Positions 19,862 through 28,025 of a DNA stretch of 64,000 bases are shown here, one piece after another. Position numbers and translations under genes: made by a program. A model generated the notes under the pieces. The model saw nothing but the letters and a program-made list of their open reading frames with translations. It was not told the origin of the DNA and ran no database searches. How positions within the stretch are numbered: the stretch's first letter is position 1; each line of letters opens with the position of its first letter. This stretch comes from Chloroflexia bacterium. GTDB taxonomy: Bacteria > Chloroflexota > Chloroflexia > Thermomicrobiales > CADCWN01. The stretch is from positions 846 to 64,845 of the forward strand of contig JBDHWF010000001.1 in NCBI GenBank assembly GCA_039810045.1, written 5' to 3'.

Positions 19862-20359
19862 ATGAACACACTGACGATTATCAACATCGATCGCAGTAAC
19901 TGGCGTGCCGCACTCGCGCTAGGCGTGAGCGCAGACCAGCAGCGATTCATCAGTGGCTACAGTCCAATTGCGGCGATTGTGCTGGCGAAGGCGTATGTAG
20001 GAGCCAATGGCCTGACCTGGCAACCATATCTCTTTGCCGTTGCTGACGAGCCAATCGGCATGGCGGCCCTGGCCTATGAACCTGGCAGCCCGAATAACTA
20101 CTGGCTCTACCACTTCTTCATCGATCAGCATCAGCAAGGACATGGCTACGGGCGACAAGCAATGAAACTCTTGCTCGCTCAGATGGCCACCGAGCATCCA
20201 GACTGTCATCAACTGTATCTCACCGTTCATCCAGAAAATATCCCCGCCCAACGCCTGTATCGCAGCGTCGGTTTTCAGCCTACCGGGCAGTGCATTGATG
20301 GCGAGCCAGTCTACTGCATCGCACTCGCACCACCGATCAATACGACATCGTGTCAATAG
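19862..20359 (+). CDS. GNAT family N-acetyltransferase (diamine acetyltransferase-like)
   Basis: QQGHGYGRQAM acetyl-CoA loop (Q/R-x-x-G-x-G/A) and RLYRSVGF. Start is ATG 19862 (MNTLTIINIDRSNW). Confidence 0.8.
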   Translation: MNTLTIINIDRSNWRAALALGVSADQQRFISGYSPIAAIVLAKAYVGANGLTWQPYLFAVADEPIGMAALAYEPGSPNNYWLYHFFIDQHQQGHGYGRQAMKLLLAQMATEHPDCHQLYLTVHPENIPAQRLYRSVGFQPTGQCIDGEPVYCIALAPPINTTSCQ

Positions 20360-20486
20360 GCCCAGATCACACGGAGCGATAGCGACACAGCCGCTGGTTG
20401 CAGTCTGTCAGGGGATCGTGCGATCCTGCTGCTGGTGTGCAAGATTGCCAGGTCTGCAGCAATGGCATATATGACAGGGGAGCAGA

Positions 20487-21620
20487 ATGCGAATCACAAA
20501 GATCGAAACGTTTACCTACTGGATCGAGTGGTGCAACTGGCTCTTTGTCAAAGTCTCCACCGACGAAGGACTCTATGGATGGGGTGAAGGCTCGCTCCAT
20601 GGCTCGATTGCGGCAGTCGAAACCGCGATCCACGAACTCAGCCCTGCGCTGATCGGCCAGGATCCCAGTGGGGTCGAACGACACTGGCAGACGCTCTATC
20701 ATGCCTGGCGCTGGCGCGGCGGCCCAGTCCTGATGACGGCACTCGCGGCTATCGACATCGCCCTCTGGGATCTGGAAGGGAAACGCCTGGGCGTGCCCGT
20801 CTACCGCTTACTTGGTGGGCCATTTCGCCCCCAGATCACCGTCTACGCTAGTCACTGGCTCAGTGGAGTCACCACCCCACAGGCAGCATTCGCTGGCGCA
20901 CAGGAAGCAGTGCGGCGCGGCTTCAGCGGCTTCAAGTGGAGTCCCTTCAACGCCAACGCCCTGCGCGACAACGAAGCCAAGGCCATTGCCCACGCCACCG
21001 AATTGATGGCTGCGGCCCGCGATGGCGCCGGGCCAGACGTGGAAATCTTTGTCGAGTGCGCCGAAGCGTTATCACCCCGCACCGCCCCGCTAGTAGCCCA
21101 GGCGTTCGCGCCATACCGCCCTGGCTGGTTTGAGGAACCGATCCCGTTCGAGAATACGGCGGCGATGGCGCGATTACAGCAGACATTGCCCATCCCCATC
21201 GCGACCGGGGAACGCTTACTCACGCGTTGGGAGTACCAGGAACTGCTGGCGGCTGGCGGCTGCCAGATCGCCCAACCCGACGTAATGCACGCGGCAGGAC
21301 TGACCGAAGTTCGCAAGATTGCGGCGCTGGCCGATACCTACTATATCCCGATCGCACCCCATAACCCCGGAGGCCCGATCTGCAATCTCGCGTCGTTGCA
21401 TCTGGCCGCCGCGATCCCCAACTTCCTGATCCTCGAGCAAATGGAAGAAGAACGCGCCCTACGCGATGAACTCTGCACCGAACCAGTACAATATGCTGAT
21501 GGCTATTATGCCTTACCTACCACACCAGGACTTGGCACCGACCTCCGCCTCGACCTGCTGGCCGAGCGCACCGCCCGCCCCCAGCCAGTCCGCAAATCAG
21601 CAGAACCGATCTGGCGCTAA
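20487..21620 (+). CDS. enolase-superfamily acid-sugar dehydratase (mandelate racemase/muconate lactonizing family)
   Basis: MRITKIETF...LFVKVSTDEGLYGWGE N-terminal capping domain, plus a barrel carrying FVECAE, WFEEP, ATGER and the AQPDV..AGG motifs. Confidence 0.85.
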   Translation: MRITKIETFTYWIEWCNWLFVKVSTDEGLYGWGEGSLHGSIAAVETAIHELSPALIGQDPSGVERHWQTLYHAWRWRGGPVLMTALAAIDIALWDLEGKRLGVPVYRLLGGPFRPQITVYASHWLSGVTTPQAAFAGAQEAVRRGFSGFKWSPFNANALRDNEAKAIAHATELMAAARDGAGPDVEIFVECAEALSPRTAPLVAQAFAPYRPGWFEEPIPFENTAAMARLQQTLPIPIATGERLLTRWEYQELLAAGGCQIAQPDVMHAAGLTEVRKIAALADTYYIPIAPHNPGGPICNLASLHLAAAIPNFLILEQMEEERALRDELCTEPVQYADGYYALPTTPGLGTDLRLDLLAERTARPQPVRKSAEPIWR

Positions 21621-21656
21621 CCCTTATCAGCAGTTGCCAACCGCGGTGGGTTGGGC

Positions 21657-21694
21657 CCTTCAGTGCTCAAAACATGAGCCGATAGGTATGTAAG
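21657..21694 (-). repeat. solitary degenerate CRISPR repeat (trailer-most copy)
   Basis: CCTTCAGTGCTCAAAACATGAGCCGATAGGTATGTAAG aligns with repeat 22064-22100. It has a 1-nt longer loop, but the GCTCA/TGAGC stem is retained. Confidence 0.6.
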
Positions 21695-21883
21695 CCACCG
21701 TAAGTAATGCCTTGCGCTTTATCAACATCGGCGGGAATGACCACGAAAGCTATAAAGAACATATAGACAACCCTGAACGAGTTATCCCCCACTTGTTAGC
21801 AAAAGACGACAGTGATAAGCTTGACTTGCAGGCGATTACATAGTAAAGCGAACCCATTGAAAACAACTGGAAGGAGCAGACGA

Positions 21884-22048
21884 ATGGCGAAGGATACCAA
21901 CAATACCGCAAAGCCAAAAATCAAGCTTCTGAAGTGTCCACCCATGAAGCAGTACACGCCAGAGGAAATCGCGGAAATGAACAGGACTTGGCAGGTCGGC
22001 TTCGTGAACAACTCCAAACCTTCAACCAAGCCTTCCAAGAAGAGCTAA
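21884..22048 (+). CDS. small Lys-rich hypothetical protein (54 aa) inside the CRISPR trailer insertion
   Basis: ATG 21884 lies 7 nt after GGAAGGAG. The product is MAKDTNNTAKPKIKLLKCPPMKQYTPEEIAEMNRTWQVGFVNNSKPSTKPSKKS. I recognise no homology, so coding status is unproven. Confidence 0.3.
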   Translation: MAKDTNNTAKPKIKLLKCPPMKQYTPEEIAEMNRTWQVGFVNNSKPSTKPSKKS

Positions 22049-22063
22049 CAATATCATTATTAC

Positions 22064-22319
22064 GTTTCAGTGCTCAACCTTGAGCCGATAGCTATGTAAG
22101 TGACGTTTTAGCAGTCATCCGCTGGTCATTGTCGATGGTTTCAGTGCTCAACCTTGAGCCGATAAGGTTGTTACACCACCTTCCCTACAACGTCGGCATA
22201 CTTCGCTGCCTGTTTCAGTGCTCAATCGTGAGCCGATAAGGTTGTTACTTTCAGCCGTCGCCGTTTGAGCAGTCGGCGACTGGTTTCAGTGCTCAATCGT
22301 GAGCCGATAAGGTTGTTAC
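22064..22319 (-). CRISPR. orphan CRISPR mini-array, 4 repeats of 37 nt and 3 spacers (37, 37, 34 nt)
   Basis: Repeats are at 22064, 22138, 22212 and 22283. In the minus orientation the repeat is GTAACAACCTTATCGGCTCACGATTGAGCACTGAAAC (hairpin GCTCA-CGAT-TGAGC, 3' end ACTGAAAC). Repeats degenerate progressively toward lower coordinates, so the leader is at 22320 onward. Confidence 0.85.
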
Positions 22320-22387
22320 CCGAATTCTTAAGGTACCAAAGTATAGGCAAAAATGCCTCGCGGTAGTTGTTTCGTGGCTCTTAGGAC

Positions 22388-22416
22388 AGTATAGCCAATC
22401 AAAATCTCTCTGTCGA
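22388..22416 (-). promoter_or_regulatory. candidate leader promoter for the CRISPR array
   Basis: Minus strand reads TCGACA-17 nt-TATACT in the AT-rich flank, about 65 nt upstream of the first repeat. Confidence 0.4.
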
Positions 22417-22818
22417 TTGAGAAATCCTTACCACATTCGCAACTATACATTTGTCAGCCAGCACTCGCTAGTTGCGAAATAGCTCTTTCTCGGTTCAGGA
22501 TAGGAAAAGGTTAGAGGTACTAATATCTACGTTTGGTTGCCGATACAGTGTTTTCCTCTCACTGGAATGACAAGTTGCGAATGGCAGTGTAGGATGATGG
22601 TCTTTGTGGTCAATGCTCCACCATATGATTGCAAACCTGATGAGACTCACAGCTAACGTAGAGGTGGCGATTCCAAGGGGGATCTAACATCCTTTCAACT
22701 TGCGTGACCCCGTGAATATGACAGCTGATCGGATGGCTGGCAACTGATTCTGGCGACGAAAAGTACTGTCAGCCCGCACATTTGGCGCTGGTTGACCACG
22801 CAGGAGGCATAAGCAACA

Positions 22819-23325
22819 ATGACAGCACAGCAGGAGTACTACACGACCAGCGAAGCGGCAACAGTACTTGGTATCACCGTTGGTGCTGTGCGCAAGGCGA
22901 TCCAGCAAGGCCGCCTCAGTGTCACACGCCTCGGTGGCGGCGAACAGCGGGCGGGGCTTGTCCTGATCAGCGCCGCTGAAGTGGCGCGATATCGCGACGA
23001 GCATCCGCTCCGCATTGGTCGGCCAAAAGCGGGCACGGACGGCCACCACATCCGCGTCGTCGAGGAACTAGCGCAGAGCGGCAGTACAAGGATGCGCATC
23101 TTTATTGGTAAGGGGCTTTGGCGTGCCCTCGGTCAGCCTGACCACATCGCGATTACTGCTGATCCGCTCATGATTACCCCAGCGACTGGCGATGATGGCT
23201 ACGCGCTCGTCGTTGGTGATGGAGTGCCCCGCTGCTTCATCACCAAGCTCTCACTCCAACTCGGTACCTATGAGGCAGAGATCAGTGATGGCAAACTCGT
23301 CGCTCGCTGGATCGGGAGTCAATAG
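22819..23325 (+). CDS. excisionase-family (HTH_17/MerR-like) DNA-binding protein with an uncharacterised C-terminal domain
   Basis: The SD is AGGAGG. The N-terminus YYTTSEAATVLGITVGAVRKAIQQGRLSVTRLG...LISAAEVARY is a typical excisionase-type HTH. The C-terminal ~90 aa (RMRIFIGKGLWRALGQPDHIAITADPLMITPA...) may be AbrB/SpoVT-like (weak). Confidence 0.65.
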   Translation: MTAQQEYYTTSEAATVLGITVGAVRKAIQQGRLSVTRLGGGEQRAGLVLISAAEVARYRDEHPLRIGRPKAGTDGHHIRVVEELAQSGSTRMRIFIGKGLWRALGQPDHIAITADPLMITPATGDDGYALVVGDGVPRCFITKLSLQLGTYEAEISDGKLVARWIGSQ

Positions 23326-23347
23326 ATCCAGGGAAGCAGACGCCTAG

Positions 23348-23383
23348 CCCACTGTACGCAATCGGGCAACTGCGTACAGTGGG
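23348..23383. other. perfect 13-bp inverted repeat (hairpin) without a U-tract
   Basis: CCCACTGTACGCA-ATCGGGCAAC-TGCGTACAGTGGG, 23 nt after the HTH gene stop. Confidence 0.6.
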
Positions 23384-23519
23384 GCCCAGCATTGTCCAGC
23401 CGTGAATAATCTAACGTTTTTCTCACAGGCCAATCCAGATTGGCCCATTCTCACCTCTGCTAACGGCATTAAAAACGATGAGATTACGACATTCGTACTG
23501 GGTTGGGTTATTCGCGAGG

Positions 23520-23594
23520 TGGAGCGGAAGACGGGGGTCGAACCCGCGACCTTCTCCTTGGCAAGGAGATGCTCTACCACTGAGCCACTTCCGC
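23520..23594 (-). tRNA. tRNA-Gly (anticodon GCC), CCA encoded
   Basis: Minus strand reads GCGGAAGTGGCTCAGTGGTAGAGCATCTCCTTGCCAAGGAGAAGGTCGCGGGTTCGACCCCCGTCTTCCGCTCCA. It folds as a cloverleaf with anticodon loop TTGCCAA. Confidence 0.95.
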
Positions 23595-23607
23595 ATAAAG
23601 CTCAGCA

Positions 23608-23636
23608 ATTGTAGTCAGCAGCGGCGTAACTGTCAA
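23608..23636 (-). promoter_or_regulatory. consensus promoter of tRNA-Gly
   Basis: Minus strand reads TTGACA-17 nt-TACAAT. The -10 ends 13 nt before the mature tRNA 5' end. Confidence 0.6.
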
Positions 23637-23677
23637 GAGTTTTGCAGGCGGTGCCGCGAAACGCCCAGTCAGAAAAG

Positions 23678-23706
23678 TTGCAGATAGTACGGTATTACCG
23701 TATGAT
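23678..23706 (+). promoter_or_regulatory. candidate promoter with an embedded palindromic operator upstream of the MFS gene
   Basis: TTGCAG-17 nt-TATGAT. The spacer contains the perfect inverted repeat TACGGTA-T-TACCGTA (23688-23702). Confidence 0.4.
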
Positions 23707-23824
23707 TGATCGCGGGGAATTAGGATGAGTGGGTCCAACCACTCACAGCGGTTGGCAAAGGGGAACGCCACGCTGCGAAGTGCCATAGTCGTGCAACGAA
23801 GCGCGAGAAAATAGGGTCGAGACA

Positions 23825-25183
23825 ATGTTGGGCGTAGTAAGCACAGCGGTTAGTTCCATCAGTGTCGCCGCTGGGCGAACGTTCCACTCACTGAAGAACC
23901 GCAACTATCGCCTCTACTGGATCGGTCAGGTCGTTTCGCTCAGTGGCACCTGGATGCAGCGGATCGCCCAGGCGTGGCTGGTGCTGCAACTCACCCATTC
24001 GCCACTCGCCCTTGGCACAGTCACCGCCATGCAATTCACCCCAATTCTGATCTTCTCCCTCTTTGGTGGCGTCGTGGCTGACCGCGTCTCCAAGTGGCGC
24101 TTCCTCCTCTTCACGCAGTCGGTCATGGCGTTGCAGGCACTGACTTTAGCGATCCTTGTCGCCAGCGGCCAGATTCATATCAGCCATCTCTACATTCTGG
24201 CCGCCATCCTTGGGATCGCCTCCGCGCTCGATGGGCCCTCACGGCAAGCATTCGTCGTTGAACTCGTTGGAAAAGACGATCTCCCCAATGCTGTTGCCCT
24301 CAACTCCACGATTTTTAATACCTCGCGGATTATCGGCCCGGCAGCTGGTGGCGTACTGATCGCCACGGTGGGGATCGCTGGTTGCTTCTTCCTCAACTCC
24401 CTGAGCTTCCTGGGGGTGATCGGCGGCCTCTTGATGATGGACCCAACCCGCTTCTTCGCCGCCCCACCAGCGCGAGGCGGGCGCGTCCTCGGTCAGATCC
24501 GCGAAGGGCTCAGCTATGCCGTCACCACGCCAGACACCGCCCTACCGCTGATCTTGATGGCAATTCTCGGCACCTTTGGTTACAACTTCACCGTGATCCT
24601 CCCACTGATCGCCGATAATGTGCTGAATCTCGGAGCGATTGGCTTTGGAGGCCTGACCACAGCGATGGGGGTTGGTTCGCTTGTCGCGGCGCTGGGAGTG
24701 GCCTATCAGGGCCGTGCCACCCGCAGGGTCTTGCTGATCGGGGCCGCCGGTTTCAGTCTGCTCCTCTTTCTCGTTGGGCTCTCCCATTGGTGGATCGTCA
24801 CGGTACTCCTGCTTGTTTGCATGGGTTTTTGCAGTATCCTCTTTAGCGCCACTGCCAGTACACGCCTGCAAACTGTCGCACCAAGCCAGCTACGCGGGCG
24901 GATCATGAGCATCTACCAGCTCCTCTTTGCCGGCACCACGCCGATTGGCAGTGTGGTCATCGGGGCGCTCGCCGAGAGGATGGGGGTGCAATGGGCAGTC
25001 GCCATCGTCGCCAGTATTTGTGGCCTCGGGGTCGGGGTCGGGCTGCTCTATCTGAAAGGGCACGCCAATCAATTGCTGCCAGAGAAGGTTGGTATCAGCG
25101 TCGCAACCGAAGCAATGCCAGAGCCAGCCCCGCCGACGCCCACCCAGGCTGGCTCCACAGCAAGCGTGATAAGCGTGAAATAA
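23825..25183 (+). CDS. MFS transporter (EntS/MFS_3-like, 12 TM)
   Basis: RNYRLYWIGQVVSLSGTWMQRIAQAWLVL N-terminal pattern and GGVVADR loop, with 12 hydrophobic segments. Confidence 0.85.
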   Translation: MLGVVSTAVSSISVAAGRTFHSLKNRNYRLYWIGQVVSLSGTWMQRIAQAWLVLQLTHSPLALGTVTAMQFTPILIFSLFGGVVADRVSKWRFLLFTQSVMALQALTLAILVASGQIHISHLYILAAILGIASALDGPSRQAFVVELVGKDDLPNAVALNSTIFNTSRIIGPAAGGVLIATVGIAGCFFLNSLSFLGVIGGLLMMDPTRFFAAPPARGGRVLGQIREGLSYAVTTPDTALPLILMAILGTFGYNFTVILPLIADNVLNLGAIGFGGLTTAMGVGSLVAALGVAYQGRATRRVLLIGAAGFSLLLFLVGLSHWWIVTVLLLVCMGFCSILFSATASTRLQTVAPSQLRGRIMSIYQLLFAGTTPIGSVVIGALAERMGVQWAVAIVASICGLGVGVGLLYLKGHANQLLPEKVGISVATEAMPEPAPPTPTQAGSTASVISVK

Positions 25184-25292
25184 CCAACGCTGCCTGGGGC
25201 TGATCAAGTCCACACGCTCCCGCAAGTCACGCCATGGAGTAGCGGTGTACAATAGACACCACTATCAGTGACCTTGCCAAGGAGACAGCGCG

Positions 25293-28010
25293 ATGACTGA
25301 TCAACCAATCTACCCCTTACAAACTGTTGGCCGACTTCCCGTTCCAGAGGACAACGTCGCGATTGCCACCCGTCGTCTGGATGCTGGCACAGTGATCGAT
25401 GATGGTACGCAGCAGTACCAGATTGACTACACCATTTTGGAAGGGCACCGCTTTGCGATTGCGCCGATCGCCCCAGACGAAGCCCTGCTCTCCTGGGGGC
25501 TGCCGTTTGGCTATGCGCTCGGCCCAATCGCCCCTGGCAGCTACGTCCACAATGCCAAAATCCTGAAAGCGCTCGCCACGCGTGGTCTCGACTTCACTCT
25601 ACCCAGCACGCCAAACTTCCGCGATAATCCTTTGGAAGCGTTCCAACTCAATCCAGCGACGTTTACGCCTGGCACACAGGTGCCGCGCCACCCCAATGCA
25701 GCAACACAAACGTTTCTCGGCTATCAGCGCGGTGCCGATCGCGGCGTTGGCACGCGCAACCATATCGTCATCCTCGGTGTCACCTCGCGCGTCGGCAGTT
25801 GGGTCAAAGCGCTTGAAGAACGCTTCCACAATGAAGCTGCTGGCCCAAACTTCGATGGTGTTGTCGCCGTGGCCCACACCGAAGGTGGCAGCGCCGAACA
25901 ACCAAACAATCTCGAACTCCTACTGCGCACCCTCGCAGGCTTCATCATCAACCCGAACGTAGGGGCCGTACTTGTCGTTGACGATGGTTTGGGGCCAGTC
26001 ACGGGGCGGATGGTACGCGAATGGATGCGCCAGCATCAGTATCCACTTGCTGCCGTCACCAGCCGTTTCGTCACGCTGCGCGAGAGTTTCGCTGCCGACC
26101 TTGACCTCGGCGCAGCCCTGATTCGCGAATGGCTCCCTCAGGTGGCCGCCACAACTCGCACAGCCGCCCCACTCGGTGCGCTGAATATCGCCCTGCAATG
26201 TGGAGGGTCCGACGCCTTCTCCGGCGTTTCGGGCAATCCCCTGCTCGCCTGGGTCGCCCGCGAAGTCGTGCGCTACGGGGGGATCGCCAATCTCGCTGAA
26301 ACCGATGAACTGATCGGGGCCGAGGCGTATGTGCTACAAAATGTCCGCGACCTCGCCACGGCCCAAAAGTTCCTCGCCACGATTGAACGCTTCAAGGAGC
26401 GCGTGGCCTGGCATGGGCACACTGCTGAAGGGAACCCTTCGGGCGGCAACAATTTCCGCGGCCTCTACAACATCGCCCTGAAATCGATTGGCGCAGCAGC
26501 GAAGAAGCACCCCGACATACGCCTCGATGCGGTGATTGACTACGGGGAACGGGCGTTGCAACCGGGCTACTATTTCATGGATAGTCCGGGGAACGACCTG
26601 GAAAGTATCGCTGGACAGGTCGCTTCTGGCGCAAACCTGATCTACTTTGTTACGGGCAATGGCTCAATCACGAACTTTCCATTTGTCCCCACGATCAAGA
26701 TTGTGACCACCAGTGAGCGGTTCCGCCTGTTATCACGCGATATGGATGTCAATGCTGGCGAATATCTGGATGGCGTGCCGATGGACGACCTCGGTGCACG
26801 CACCTTCGCCCTGACCACCCGCGTTGCCGCTGGCGAACGGACGGTCGGGGAACGGGCAGGCCACGCGCAGGTCTCAATCTGGCGCGATTGGCGGCAGACC
26901 GACTACAGTAATCTGGCCGATCTACAAGCGGCACCCGCCCCACCAGGAAAGCCCCTACCAATTCAGCCCCTGCCGGCGACTGACCCATTGCTCCAAACAA
27001 CCTTCGAAGCGATCAACACGCCAGAAGGCCCAGCAGTAGATCAACTGGGCCTGGTTCTACCAACCAGCCTTTGCTCCGGGCAAATCGCCAGCCAGATCGC
27101 CCGCCTGTTGAACGACCAGCAAGTGGGGTCTGGCTACCTCTCACGCTATGTCGCCCTGCCCCACACTGAGGGCTGTGGAGTCTCCTCTGGTTCCTCGGAA
27201 ATGCTCTACACCCGCACCCTGATCGGCTACCTGCGTAGCCCATTGGTCGGTCGCGCCCTGCTCCTTGAACACGGTTGTGAGAAGACGCATAACGACTTTG
27301 TGCGCCATGCGCTGAGTGAAGCAGGCGTGAACCTTGATCGCTTCGGCTGGGCCAGTATCCAACTCGATGGCGGTATTGCGGCGGTGACGCAGAAAGCAAT
27401 GCAGTGGTTTGCTGATGCACTCGCCGACGCTGGCCCACGCACCTACACCAGCGCTGGATTAGCGGCGCTCTCCATTGGCCTCACCGTCCAGGGAGCAGTC
27501 GAAGCAGCATTAGCCTCCGCCTATGCCCAACTCGCCCGCCTGATCGTCACGGCGGGCGGTACGGTCGTTATCCCGCAGAACTCCCCACTCCTCACTGACC
27601 CACAGTTTTGTCAGGAAACCTTTGCGACGGATAAGCTCGCTCCATCGCTTGATTATGGTGAATTTGTCGCCCAGCCAGGGTTACAGATTATGGCAACACC
27701 AACCAAACATTGGGTCGAAACGCTCACCGGGCTTGGCGCGACTGGTATCGACATGGTGCTGACCCAGATCACTGAACGCCCGGCACAGGCACACCGCCTG
27801 GTACCAGTGCTCCAGGTTGGCATAGCGCAGCCTGCCACCGACCATTACGCCGCTGACCTTGATCTGCTGCTAACGCCAGGGGGTGATTGGCCTGCTGCCC
27901 TCTTGGGGGCGATTCTGACTGTGGCGAATCGCACCGCTATGCCCAAACTCAATCTGCGCGGTAACACCGACTTCCAGTTCACCAGGGGACTGCTTGGCGT
28001 TTCGATGTAA
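25293..28010 (+). CDS. atypically long UxaA/GarD-family (altronate/galactarate dehydratase-like) protein, 905 aa
   Basis: N-terminal SAF-like domain (VPEDNVAIATRRLDAGTVI...ILEGHRFAI). A UxaA core follows (ALQCGGSDAFSG..., FMDSPGNDLESIAGQVASGANLIYFVTGNGS). An extra C-terminal module repeats the HTEGCG/EHGCE region. Confidence 0.7.
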   Translation: MTDQPIYPLQTVGRLPVPEDNVAIATRRLDAGTVIDDGTQQYQIDYTILEGHRFAIAPIAPDEALLSWGLPFGYALGPIAPGSYVHNAKILKALATRGLDFTLPSTPNFRDNPLEAFQLNPATFTPGTQVPRHPNAATQTFLGYQRGADRGVGTRNHIVILGVTSRVGSWVKALEERFHNEAAGPNFDGVVAVAHTEGGSAEQPNNLELLLRTLAGFIINPNVGAVLVVDDGLGPVTGRMVREWMRQHQYPLAAVTSRFVTLRESFAADLDLGAALIREWLPQVAATTRTAAPLGALNIALQCGGSDAFSGVSGNPLLAWVAREVVRYGGIANLAETDELIGAEAYVLQNVRDLATAQKFLATIERFKERVAWHGHTAEGNPSGGNNFRGLYNIALKSIGAAAKKHPDIRLDAVIDYGERALQPGYYFMDSPGNDLESIAGQVASGANLIYFVTGNGSITNFPFVPTIKIVTTSERFRLLSRDMDVNAGEYLDGVPMDDLGARTFALTTRVAAGERTVGERAGHAQVSIWRDWRQTDYSNLADLQAAPAPPGKPLPIQPLPATDPLLQTTFEAINTPEGPAVDQLGLVLPTSLCSGQIASQIARLLNDQQVGSGYLSRYVALPHTEGCGVSSGSSEMLYTRTLIGYLRSPLVGRALLLEHGCEKTHNDFVRHALSEAGVNLDRFGWASIQLDGGIAAVTQKAMQWFADALADAGPRTYTSAGLAALSIGLTVQGAVEAALASAYAQLARLIVTAGGTVVIPQNSPLLTDPQFCQETFATDKLAPSLDYGEFVAQPGLQIMATPTKHWVETLTGLGATGIDMVLTQITERPAQAHRLVPVLQVGIAQPATDHYAADLDLLLTPGGDWPAALLGAILTVANRTAMPKLNLRGNTDFQFTRGLLGVSM

Positions 28011-28025
28011 GGAGAAGCGTTCATC

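Noticed and set aside
21796-22038. 80-aa hydrophobic ORF on the minus strand, inside the CRISPR-trailer insertion.
   Set aside because: It needs a TTG start with no SD. It is antisense to the SD-preceded 54-aa ORF. Its hydrophobicity is probably a by-product of the antisense Lys/Asn-rich codons. It remains possible, but it is the weaker of the two readings.
21640-23600. Looked for an integrase, transposase, cas genes, terminal inverted repeats or a direct repeat of the tRNA 3' end, which would define an intact mobile element.
   Set aside because: I could recognise none by eye. The islet is therefore reported only as a possible remnant, not as a mobile_element feature.
23574-23825. 83-aa minus-strand ORF.
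   Set aside because: It overlaps the tRNA-Gly gene and its promoter, and it has no SD.
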